Assembly: GCF_006345805.1 (NCBI RefSeq)
Contig: NC_042999.1
Location: 158,162,001 to 158,226,000 of the forward strand
Reading direction: 5' to 3'
Source: Octopus sinensis
Lineage: Eukaryota
Length of the DNA stretch: 64,000 nucleotides
Shown: piece by piece, positions 28,041 through 39,756 of the stretch
Layout: each line of letters opens with the position of its first letter
Numbering within the stretch: the first letter of the stretch is position 1
Position numbers and translations under genes: made by a program
The notes under the pieces: model-generated
Told to the model about the DNA's origin: nothing
Databases searched by the model: none
The model's input: only the letters and a program-made list of their open reading frames with translations

Positions 28041-28941
28041 TGGAAGCAGGGATTAGAAGCAAGGATTAGAATGGAAGGGCTTTAGAGTCAACCTAGCTAA
28101 AACCAAAGTCCTAATAAGTAGGCAGGCAGAGAAACCACAAATCCCTTCAGGTAGATGGCCCTGCTCGATCCGTAGAAAAGTTGTCGGTAGAAACTCTATG
28201 AGATGTACCCGCTGTAAGCTATGGACACATAAGAGATGCAGCAATATCAAAAGAAGGCTAACTAGGAAGATAGTTCTTGTATGTGGCAGATGCTCAGGAG
28301 CAATAAATAACACTGAAAACCTGCAGAGAACAACTTCCGTTACCTTGCAGGGAGAAAAACTAGAAGTAGTTGATAGCTTTCATTACTTAGGTGACCAAGT
28401 CAGTAGCGGAGGTGGGTGCTTTGAAAGTGTAGCAGCTACAATAAGAATAACCTGGACAAAGTTCAGAGAGCTTCTACCTCTGCTGGTGGCAAAGGGCCTC
28501 TCGCTCAGAGTAAAAGGTAGACTGTATGACACCTGTGTACGAACAGCCATGCTACATGGGAGTAAAGCATGGGCCGTGACTGCTAAAGACATGCGTGACC
28601 TTGCAAGGAATGAAACCAGTATCCGTCGTCTTACTGGCACTTGTACCAGTGACACGTGAAGAGAAAGAAAGTCGAGTGAGGTCGTTGGCAGTGCCGCTGA
28701 ACTGGCTCCTGTGCAGGTCACACGTAAAAAACACCATTTGAGCGTGGGTGTTGCCAGTACCGCCTGACGTAAAAGCACCCACTAGACTCTCGGAGTGGTT
28801 GGCGTCAGGAAGGGCATCCAGCTGTAGAAACTCTGCTAGGTCAGATTGGAGCCTGGTACAGCCATCTGGCTCGCCAGTCCTCAGTCAAATCGTCCAACCC
28901 ATGCCAGCATGGAAAGCGGACGTTAAACGATGATGATGATG

Positions 28942-28942
<1 letters not shown>
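28041..28942 (+). mobile_element. RTE-clade LINE fragment: RT with embedded PHD-like finger, deletion, then 3' UTR and (GAT)n tail
   Basis: GLRVNLAKTKVL, WPCSI.RK...CTRCKLWTHKRC...CGRC, LEVVDSFHYLGD, WTKFRELLPLL, KGRLYDTCVRTAMLHGS. Confidence 0.85.
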
Positions 28943-28986
<44 letters not shown>

Positions 28987-29074
28987 AGTGAAAGATAAAA
29001 GATCATATATTGCATATGTATATGTATATATATATATATATAGGTATTATATATATATATATATAAATACACAC

Positions 29075-29113
<39 letters not shown>

Positions 29114-29115
<2 letters not shown>

Positions 29116-29438
29116 CTTTTAACTTTCACTTATTTTAGTCATTTGACTGCGGCTATGCTGGAGCACTGCACTGAAATTAATTTGTTGTATTGTTTTTAGT
29201 CTAGCGCTTATTCTATCGGTTTCTTTTGTGGTGGTGGTGCACAGACTCAGGAACTAGAATACACGTATGAATATACATTGATACGACGAGCTTTTAGTTT
29301 CCGTCAACCAAATCCACTCACAAGGCTTTGTTCGGCCTGAGGCTATTGTAGAAGACACTTGGCCAAGGTGCCATACAGTGGGACTGAACCCGAAACCACG
29401 TGGTTGGGAAGCAAGTTCTTACCACACAGACACGCCTG
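29114..29438 (-). mobile_element. SINE family a, diverged
   Basis: Head, Nin-type domain and partial tail. Confidence 0.75.
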
Positions 29439-30547
29439 TATACTCTGTAAATGCAAGTTTATGTGGTATGTATGTTTAGCCCCCAAAGTCTCTGAAACGG
29501 TGCATCCTCGAGAAAAATGAATTTCATCGCACAGACAATGACTTTCGTAAATAATAAGAAAATAAAATTTGCCATGAGAAATATTAAACTTTTAAATGGA
29601 CAAATCTCCCACTCTCTGTCTATCACCATCAAATTATCTTTCTCCATATATATTTACCATACTCTTTCACAACTGCTTTTGTTTTTGTATATATTAAATT
29701 CCACGGATAACTTTCATTTTGTTTAAAACCTTTTCTAATATCTTCTTTCATTTTATCACAGCTATTACGTACAAAAATCCTGTTTTTTAACTGTGTAAAA
29801 ACGATTAAAATTTAAATCTCTGTAACACTTTTCTGAAATTTTTCTGGAATTACGAACTCGATTCATCGTAAAAACGTGCATCAATACCAAATTTGAAAAT
29901 TTTCATTAAATTTTAAAATTTCAAAATCTGTCACAGCATCAGAAAAATGTCCCCTTCTCTCTCTCCGCCCTCGCTCATTCTCTATCTCTTCCACTCTTTC
30001 ATGGTAAACTTTCTCACTCTACAAAAGTACATCATTCACACTGAGTATGTATGTGTGTGTGTGTGTGTGTCAGTATGTGTGTTTGTCAGTGTGTGTGTAT
30101 GTATGTGGGTAAGGAGTTTCATTAGGGCGATGGAGTGATTTAAGAAAAGCTGTGTAAAATTTATTTTAGTAGCATACTTTTCTGTTAGTAAAAATGATTT
30201 TTCTTACGCACACACACACACACACACATACACACACCCACACCCAAACCCACACTCACACACATACACACACCCACACACACACATACACCCACACCCA
30301 CACCCACACTCACACACACATACACACCCACAATTTCTTATTTTGCTGTTTATCTTCCACATCATCATTCCATTGGGAGAAAAATTTTGAAACACATCCA
30401 TACATATGTCAGAGTGACATATAAAAGAAAGTGAAGAAGGTGCCAGGTAGTTGTGAGATGTGCTAGAAACAACAGCTAAATCTCCTGTACACCACATACC
30501 TTTACATCTGAAAATTACTCTGAAATTATAATGAGTGATAGATATAT

Positions 30548-30936
30548 ACTCTTTTACTCTTTTACTTGTTTCAGTCATTTGACTGCGGCCATGCTGGAGC
30601 ACCGCCTTTAATCGAGCAACTCGACACCGGGACTTATTCTTTTGTAAGCCCAGTACTTATTCTATCGGTCTCTTTTGCTGAACCGCTAAGTAACGGGGAC
30701 ATAAACACACCAGCATCGGTTGTCAAGCAATGCTAGGGGGACAAACACACACACGCATATATATACATATATACGACGGGCTTCTTTCAGTTTCCGTCTA
30801 CCAAATCCACTCACAAGGCTTTGGTCGGCCCGAGGCTATAGTAGAAGACACTTGCCCAAGGTGCCACGCAGTGGGACTGAACCCGTAACCATGTGGTTGG
30901 TAAACAAGCTACTTACCACACAGCCACTCCTGCGCC
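30548..30936 (-). mobile_element. SINE family a, full length, little diverged
   Basis: Complete head ggcgcaggagtggctgtgtggtaag, Nin-type domain and tail. Confidence 0.9.
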
Positions 30937-31715
30937 TATATATATCTATACTCATAATAGCCGATATAAACTTGGCTGGTTGGTTGGTTGGTTGGCCTGT
31001 TTCTTCCAGACACGCCTTTTACGTCGTATAAAGAGAACGAGAAAAAGAATAAAACAAATATAGAAATAGGTTTAACATGAGAAGTGCAGTTGAGTGCACA
31101 TGCAAGGCTTGGTGAGAGGCAATGAGTGAACGAACTCTACGCACATTTCTAACTCTGATAAGTTGTAGTGCACCTGAGCACCGAATACATTATGTTTATG
31201 ATTATTATCATTACATTTTAAATGACCATGTCAAATGTTCAAAAGGTATCCCAGTGAACGGTTGTTAAATGGGAGACAACTCTGGTACACTTATAAAAAT
31301 AGTTCCCTTACTTACGTTTGAAATTCCATTGCAATAAATTTCTGGGCGTGAACCTATCAAACGAAGTTTTCCTTGCATGTTTTTCCCTTAATTATGAGTT
31401 GTCACCTTCGCGTTTGCTAATTAAAAAAACAAAACAAAACATAAAAAGCAAAACGAACAAGCAAACAAAACCTTCGTCAACGTTTATATGCTATAAATAC
31501 AGATATAATCACAAAGCCTTGAAATTTTCGTGCTCTCCACATGAAATATGTTAACAATAGATATGACAAACCGAACTAACATTGGAATGACATCGTAATA
31601 GCAAATATCTTCACCGGAATTGAAGCTTTTTTTATTTTTTATAACGGATGAATTCTAAAATGAAAGTGTACGATAAATATTTTTATGATTTATACTTAAT
31701 GTATATTTACTGTGT

Positions 31716-32098
31716 GGAGGCGCAATGGCCCAGTGGTTAGGGCAGCGGACTCGCGGTCATAGGATCGCGGTTTCGATTCCCAGACCGGGCGTTTTGAGTG
31801 TTTATTGAGCGAAAACACCTAAAGCTCCACGAGGCTCCGGCAGGGGATGGTGGTGATCCCTGCTGTACTCTTTCACCACAACTTTCTCTCACTCTTACTT
31901 CCTGTTTCTGTTGTACCTGTATTTCAAAGGGCCGGCCTTGTCACTCTCTGTGTCACGCTGAATATCCCCGAGAACTACGTAAAGGGTACACGTGTCTGTG
32001 GAGTGCTCAGCCACTTACACGTTAATTTCACGAGCAGGCTGTTCCGTTGATTCGGATCAAACGGAACCCTCGTCGTCGTAACCGACGGAGTGCGTCCC
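31716..32098 (+). mobile_element. tRNA-derived SINE (family d)
   Basis: A box TGGCCCAGTGG, B box GGTTTCGATTCCC, followed by a ~310-bp non-tRNA body. Confidence 0.8.
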
Positions 32099-32544
32099 AT
32101 ATTTATTGTAAAACTTCAAAATTTTAAAATTTAAAAAAAATAATACAATAAAATTAATTTTTAAAATTATTGGTACAAGTTATCAAATTCTAAAATGATG
32201 AAAAACAGCTTTAACAGCAAGACTTAGAATTCAGTTTATAAGGGAACGGGAATCAGCGAATCAGATGATTTTGACGACACGAATTCTTCACAGCAACACA
32301 AAAAATCTATGATAAAAGCAATTTCCTGCAACAATAATGAATTCCTACATTGACATACGTTCATGCATCTTGCATCATGTCGTTTTTCTTTTTAATCAAT
32401 CCCAGTATATACTGGTTGGTGCTTATTTTATCGATCAACACGCTCAAGATAAACAATGTTGTTCGATTTCTTAATATCTTTTTAGAAACGGGATATATTT
32501 TACTATATGAAAATCGACTAATCTACGAATACTTAACTCCACAG

Positions 32545-32629
<85 letters not shown>

Positions 32630-32632
<3 letters not shown>

Positions 32633-32700
32633 TTCTTTTCTTTTTTCCTTTCTTTCTTTTTTTCTTTTCCTTTTTTTCTTTTCTTTTTTTTCTTTTTATC

Positions 32701-32733
<33 letters not shown>

Positions 32734-32869
32734 TCTTTTTTCCCTTTTACGATCCCTTTTGATCGAAAACCTACGCCACCTTTTTTTTTTTCTTTTCTCC
32801 CCCAAAAGAAAAGCTCTACCTTGTAACTTGTCCCATCTGTGTGCAGCCCTGTGTGACCAATAAAGAAAC

Positions 32870-32946
<77 letters not shown>

Positions 32947-35900
32947 GTGGTGCCATTCGCCCTCCCTATTGATCAATTTTTTTCCTCTCCCCTTTTTTTT
33001 TAACCCCCCCCTTTTTTTGTCCTTTCTCTCCTTTTACGATCCCTTTTGATCGACCCCCCCCCTTTTAAATTTTTTTACCTTCAAAAGAAAAGCTCTACCT
33101 TGTAATTTGTTCTATCTGTGTGCAACCCTGTGTGGCTAATAAAGAAACATATCTATCTATCTATCTATCTATCATCCTCTTCCGCTTCTTGTGGAAAGGA
33201 TGCGTCCCGATGGTCAGGCGATCCATTTGCTGTCAACACCCATTAAAAGGAGGGCTGGGCATGCCGTGGTTGATGATGCGCAGACACGCGCTGAGACTGC
33301 GACATCTCCGGCTCTATGTAGACAACGGTGAACAGGTGTGGTCGCCGTTTGTGAGGCACGCATTCCCGCAACTCGTCTCCATGACCGAACTACAGTCGTG
33401 GATCGAAAAGAGGCCGAGGAAGGGCGAATGGCACCGCGAGTGTCGCGTTGCTCTCAAGCAACTCTGCCGTCCCGGGTCGACCTTGAGTGACTTCAACACA
33501 ACCAAAGCATTCTATAGGGGATTAGTGGAGGGGAGGTACGACGACGAGCTCGGGGCAAACCTGGGCGTCGACGAGGAATACCTGACCCGCCTGTTTCAAA
33601 CGACTTCGGCCCGGGACCTATGGACAACTTCCAGAGATCCCTGGCCTGGCGGTGCTACCGAGAAGCGCTACCCGTTCGGGATAAGCTCTATAGGCACGGC
33701 TCAAGAAACACGGGGCCGACCTGCCCGAGATGCGGGCAGAGCGACGAAACCGCTCTGCACGCAATCGTGCAGTGTCCAGCAATTCCCACCTGTGGGCTTA
33801 TGTCGAACAACTGCTGTCACGTGTGGGACGTGTCGGTTTATCAGCCGAGTCTATCGTTAATATCGTCACGCCTCCTTCCTTCAAACGGGAAGGAAGAGCT
33901 ATTTTTATCATACTTGTGGCTATGGCGAAAGAATGTATCTGGTGGACGCGCCTGAAAGGATTAGAGACAAACACTTTCCTCTCTGGTCAATCTCTCATCA
34001 ACTTCTTCAAGTATCACTTGAAGAAAAAAAGTGAGAGTAGAGAGGCAAGTTTTGTCTAGTGAATGTTTTAAAAAAAGATGGGTGAATGTAGCAAGGATGG
34101 CACGTATGAATGACGAAGCCACCTTGACTATGATTCTATGAACCGTAAAAATTAATACAGAGAGTTGCTTATTTGCAAAAAAAAAAAAAAAAAAGAAATA
34201 TAACATGTGACTTCATTGACCGAGGTTACCGTGGTCTTTTCCGTAGGCTTTTCTTTCCACGGGTAAACCTCACCTGTCCTCCCCTTTACACTTCATATTG
34301 ACATTTCTGTGATAACGATCCCTATTGATCAATTTTTTTCCTCTCCCCCCTTTTTTTTTAACCCCCCCTTTTTTTGTCCTTTCTCTCCTTTTACGATCCC
34401 TTTTGATCGACCCCCCCCCTTTTAAATTTTTTTACCTTCAAAAGAAAAGCTCTACCTTGTAATTTGTTCTATCTGTGTGCAGCCCTGTGTGGCTAATAAA
34501 GAAACATATCTATCTATCTATCTATCTATCATCCTCTTCCGCTTCTTGTGGAAAGGATGCGTCCCGATGGTCAGGCGATCCATTTGCTGTCAACACCCAT
34601 TAAAAGGAGGGCTGGGCATGCCGTGGTTGATGATGCGCAGACACGCGCTGAGACTGCGACATCTCCGGCTCTATGTAGACAACGGTGAACAGGTGTGGTC
34701 GCCGTTTGTGAGGCACGCATTCCCGCAACTCGTCTCCATGACCGAACTACAGTCGTGGATCGAAAAGAGGCCGAGGAAGGGCGAATGGCACCGCGAGTGT
34801 CGCGTTGCTCTCAAGCAACTCTGCCGTCCCGGGTCGACCTTGAGTGACTTCAACACAACCAAAGCATTCTATAGGGGATTAGTGGAGGGGAGGTACGACG
34901 ACGAGCTCGGGGCAAACCTGGGCGTCGACGAGGAATACCTGACCCGCCTGTTTCAAACGACTTTCGGCCCGGGACCTATGGACAACTTCCAGAGATCCCT
35001 GGCCTGGCGGTGCTACCGAGAAGCGCTACCCGTTCGGGATAAGCTCTATAGGCACGGCTCAAGAAACACGGGGCCGACCTGCCCGAGATGCGGGCAGAGC
35101 GACGAAACCGCTCTGCACGCAATCGTGCAGTGTCCAGCAATTTCCCACCTGTGGGCTTATGTCGAACAACTGCTGTCACGTGTGGGACGTGTCGGTTTAT
35201 CAGCCGAGTCTATCGTTAATATCGTCACGCCTCCTTCCTTCAAACGGGAAGGAAGAGCTATTTTTATCATACTTGTGGCTATGGCGAAAGAATGTATCTG
35301 GTGGACGCGCCTGAAAGGATTAGAGACAAACACTTTCCTCTCTGGTCAATCTCTCATCAACTTCTTCAAGTATCACTTGAAGAAAAAAAGTGAGAGTAGA
35401 GAGGCAAGTTTTGTCTAGTGAATGTTTTAAAAAAAGATGGGTGAATGTAGCAAGGATGGCACGTATGAATGACGAAGCCACCTTGACTATGATTCTATGA
35501 ACCGTAAAAATTAATACAGAGAGTTGCTTATTTGCAAAAAAAAAAAAAAAAAGAAATATAACATGTGACTTCATTGACCGAGGTTACCGTGGTCTTTTCC
35601 GTAGGCTTTTCTTTCCACGGGTAAACCTCACCTGTCCTCCCCTTTACACTTCATATTGACATTTCTGTGATAACGATCCCTATTGATCAATTTTTTTCCT
35701 CTCCCCCTTTTTTTTTAACCCCCCCTTTTTTTGTCCTCTTTCTCTCCTTTTACGATCCCTTTTGATCGACCCCCCCTTTTTCTTTATTTTTATTTATTTA
35801 TTTATTTTTATTTTTATTTTTTTTACCTTCAAAAGGAAAGCTCTACCTTGTAATTTGTTCTATCTATGTGCAGCCCTGTGTGGCTAATAAAGAAACATAT
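32630..35900 (+). mobile_element. Cluster of L1/Tx1-clade LINE 3' ends in (TATC)n, including a ~1.36-kb tandem duplication
   Basis: ORF2 C-terminus LFRFLWKG...KGGLG...zf-RVT (AWRCYREALP..CPRC...ETALHAIVQCP) at 33175-34141 and 34532-35500. The marker ccctattgatc occurs at 32964, 34320 and 35678. Each end is aataaagaaac followed by (TATC)n. Confidence 0.88.
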
Positions 35901-36407
35901 CTATCTATCTATCTGTCTGTCTGCCTGCCTGTCTGTCTGTCTGTCTGTCTGACCACCCTTCCATTCATTCATTCATTCATTCATTCGTTTATTCATCCAT
36001 CTATCTAGCTGGTCCAATAACGACCAGCTTTCCAAATCACTATCTTCTACGTTGATATCCTTAATCTCTATCAGTCTCTGAAGCTGCTTTTTTCTTTCTT
36101 CAAGCATTATTTTGTCAATAAATGTATCTAGCTACCTATTAACCTGCTCTTCCATATAATAACCAGCCTATCATCTTACCAAGAAGTAATCATATTAACG
36201 TAATTTGTTCTTTTCGTCCCTTTCTATGTTTTCAATTTACGATGGATACTTGCATAGTTATGACGAAAGAAGGAAGTAATTAAAAGCATCCTGATGTTTG
36301 ATTTTCTTCGTCATTGTTTTTTGTTATTTCTTTGTATACTAACATCCAGTATTTGGAAATATATTCTTTTAGCAATCTTAGCCAAATAAGACTATTTTGC
36401 TTTTCAG

Positions 36408-36798
36408 TTTAACCGGATTAATCTGCAGTCACCGACGTCAACCTATCCTGTTTGCTGATCCTTCAATCCCGTTTCAGTTCTATCTCGATCAAATTGGTTC
36501 ACCGTCTTTATATTTTCCTAAATACCATTACGAAACATCGCCAGCTGTTTTTTCAACTTACAAACCATCTGCAATGCTATTCAGTCCTGCTTCACGTTCC
36601 ATATCTGCACTTTCCTCTAACTCAGTGATTACAACCAAGACAAAATTTACTACAGAAGAAGAGAAGTTGCAAATGACGACATCCCCTGTAATTACAAAAT
36701 CAAAAAGTAAACCAAGATGGCGAGTTGACTTGAAGAAATATAGATGTGATCTGTGTAGTCAGTGCTTTTCACGAAGTAACACTTTAGTTACTCACAGG
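36408..36798 (+). CDS. Penultimate coding exon of a C2H2 zinc-finger gene: Ser/Thr-rich region plus most of finger 1 (YRCDLCSQCFSRSNTLVTHR)
   Basis: ORF 36397-36831 ends in C-x2-C-x12-H. Donor AGG|GTAAGT at 36799, phase 0. The 5' boundary is taken from the acceptor ttttgcttttcag| at 36407 and is uncertain (alternative AGs at 36428 and 36477; internal ATG at 36574). Confidence 0.8.
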
Positions 36799-37791
36799 GT
36801 AAGTCAAACCTCATCTACTATCCCTCATTAAATCAATAAGTCAATCGCTGACTTAGGTACACATCTAATCAATATAGTCACTGTCATTCTTGTATTCATT
36901 TTCTACGCAGTTAAATTTGGTCATGTGCCATGACCTGTTAAATCTCAGTGTTTTATTAACTAGTACTACTTATCGAGAATGCGTGTGAGCCGTGGAAGAA
37001 GTCCATGGTTCTCGGTTAAATGATGCCTGCCGTTAGCAGGCTGAGTAGATAAACTTCAAAGATTTTCGATTATTTAATCGGAGTAAGAAAATTCATCTTC
37101 CATGTACACTCGTTAATCATATCATCAAGGAAACATGACTGTAGTCCCTATACAGTCGGGGTGTCACAATCTTTGTTAAACTCACTCCCAGAGTAATCGT
37201 TAAAATGCATTCCAAACTTCTTCAGAGCAAGAATATTCGTAAACTCTGAATAGTTGCTGACCGTCAACAAACAAAAAGGTATACTGTTTCTGCTACACGC
37301 AAAATAAAATAAAAAGAAAGAGCCAATATTAACCTACCTCCAATATAAATGAGCTGGGTGGCTCATTTGCAAAGAATCAATTAAAAATATTCTCAAGCAT
37401 AAACCCATAGGCATGTTTCATCTATCTACCCCTTCTGGCTCACTTATATAAAAAAAATGGTGTTTTTCTCTTATGAATTAGCATAGTGAATTTTACTTTC
37501 ACCTCACCCTACATTATGTAACTGACGCTTCTCCTTAAACCCGTAATAACGTTTCCCTCAAAATTTCTACTCATTAGTGTCGGCCATTGCAATTATTTGT
37601 CTATATAAATAATCAGACGTTTAAGCTGCTATGGCAGTTGTATCAATCTCATGAGTCTGGGGAGAAGTTGTAATGGTTCTGGATGCCATACATCCTTCTC
37701 TGCTTAATAACGAAAATATATAAAGAAATTATGGAGATGTACTTGCATAGCAAGTGATTTGATCTGAGATCGTGTGCTGAAACGAAAACAA

Positions 37792-38039
37792 TTGCAGCGT
37801 GGAAGGTGTTTGTAAGCCATTTAAGAAACACACGAAAGCCGTTCGATTCACTTCAACATTTAAGTTTAATTTGTTAAAATATTTTCGTCGCTTTAAGACC
37901 GAGCACAGATTTTTGTCAGTGAACAGGTCGCGGTCTTAAAACGACGAAAATATTTTGACAAATTAAACTTAAATGTTGAAGTGAATCTAGCGGCTTTCGT
38001 GTGTTTCTAAATAGCTTTTAAACACCTCCCACGCTGCAA
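37792..38039. repeat. Long inverted repeat (110/109-bp arms, 29-nt loop) in the C2H2 intron, with a third partial copy at 38363-38413
   Basis: 37792-37901 is the reverse complement of 37931-38039 with scattered mismatches. 38363-38413 matches the reverse complement of the first 51 nt of the left arm at 50/51. Confidence 0.9.
37912..37962 (+). ncRNA. Predicted minimal type-I hammerhead ribozyme with G3:C8 core variant
   Basis: UUUGUCA-[GUGAACA]-G-GUCG(11-nt loop)CGAC-GAA-AAUAUU-U/UGACAAA. Perfect 7-bp stem I, 4-bp stem II, palindromic stem III. Predicted cleavage after 37955. Confidence 0.6.
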
Positions 38040-38468
38040 ATAAATCATCATTGATGTTATTTTATTGCGATTTCTTTTTATTATTCATGGAAAAGACAAA
38101 GTATATCTGGTAGAAAGTAGTTGACTGAACTCTAAACTCTACACATATCCAAAATATGTAATGTCTTACTGTTCGAAGTGGAAATACTTTCTAATACACT
38201 ATTAGACTTTTTACAAATAACACAGTAATGTAGATTCAATCAACTTTGCCCTCCCTCTTAAACAAACAACTACTATGTGCATATATCAGTACATACATAC
38301 ATACATACATACATACATACATACATACATACATACATACATACATACATACATACATACATACGGCTTTTGTGTGTTTCTTAAATGGCTTACAAACACC
38401 TTCCACGCTGCAATATAAAGAAATGTTATTTTTTCATGGTATTATATTTTTCTTTCCTATAATTTCAG

Positions 38469-38654
38469 CGTATTCATACTGGTGAAAAACCATTCAAATG
38501 CGACAAATGTGGCCGTCATTTCCGGCAGCATGGCAACCTGACACGTCACAAGCTTACACACACCAGTATCAAGCCTTTTGCATGTCACATATGTAACCGG
38601 GCATTTAATCGAAGATCAAATTTAAAGACGCATTCTAAGATACATCGCCAATAA
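38469..38654 (+). CDS. Terminal coding exon of the C2H2 gene: RIHTGEKPFKCDKCGRHFRQHGNLTRHKLTHTSIKPFACHICNRAFNRRSNLKTHSKIHRQ*
   Basis: Acceptor ...ttttctttcctataatttcag|CGT. Splicing to 36798 completes finger 1 (THR|RIH) with a TGEKP linker, then two intact fingers and TAA at 38652-38654. Absent from the ORF track because it has no start codon. Confidence 0.92.
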   Translation, partial: RIHTGEKPFKCDKCGRHFRQHGNLTRHKLTHTSIKPFACHICNRAFNRRSNLKTHSKIHRQ

Positions 38655-39756
38655 AGTTAAAAGCAAGCGATTTTGGAAGAATCTGAATTCAAAACTACTC
38701 TATATACCTTGTTATTATTTTTGCATCTTTGTAAAATATTGTCGCAATACACAGCAGTAAAAAGCATTTTCAAAATTTTAACTTACTCGTTCTGGCAAAA
38801 TAAATGGAAAAATTTACAAGAAAAAAAAAGATAGGAAAAGAGAAGAAAAAAGAAATCAAGAAATGCTCAAATGCTTCCCAGCAATTATTTAAACTACCAA
38901 TACTTTCCAAGGCGTGATGTTGCTTCGATGAAGGATAACACATCTGATGTAGGAACGATTTAAGAAAGAAAATATGTATCATCAGAGATTAGTCATCTAT
39001 CTCTCCATACGATACGAACGAACTAAATAATTATACGAGTGAATTATAAAATAAAAACTGTAAAAATGAAAAAAAAAAAAAAGAAAATATGAAAATACCT
39101 AAAAAATTTCGCAGAAAACTCGAAATAAATCGTACGATTTATAGTAATATAAAATATTTTTACCCTTCGTGATATATTGGACAGAAAAAAAAAAGTTACA
39201 ATTCCAAATATCTGTTTTGAAATAGCAGTCTTCATCGTGAGAGTAACAATTTTCTGTCTGATATCTATATGATTACAGTTGACGCACACTTTGAAACGCG
39301 CGCACGCCCCCCCCTCACTCTCTCACTCACTCACTTTTTCTATCTTCCAGTCATACACATAGATATTTATGAATATACTTATTAAATACGAAAGTATTTA
39401 TGACTTCGTTCCTAAAAATTTTTTTCAAGTTATAAATTCGTGGAGAGGAAATGCTGGATTGAAAGAATGAACGGCAGTATAATTTACTTATACTTTAGTC
39501 AGGTCTCATCCACGTCAGTCGAATTAAAATCAACCCCATTATTTCAGTAAAAATGTTTGTATTCTCCCCTACGACAATGTTAAAAATGTATTCCACGGTT
39601 TAAATTATTTACATTCCTATATATCATTATTCACAAATCGTTGTTTTATAAGAAACTTTCAAATTCTTTCTTTTATAGAATAAATTATTCCTATATTCTA
39701 AAGGGTGTTATCTGTTTTTACTCGCAATTACCAGTTTTACAACACCAGATGATTTA

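Noticed and set aside
31716-31790. tRNA genes here and at 43090-43163
   Set aside because: They have A and B boxes but no convincing acceptor stem or Pol III terminator, and they run into SINE bodies. They are SINE heads.
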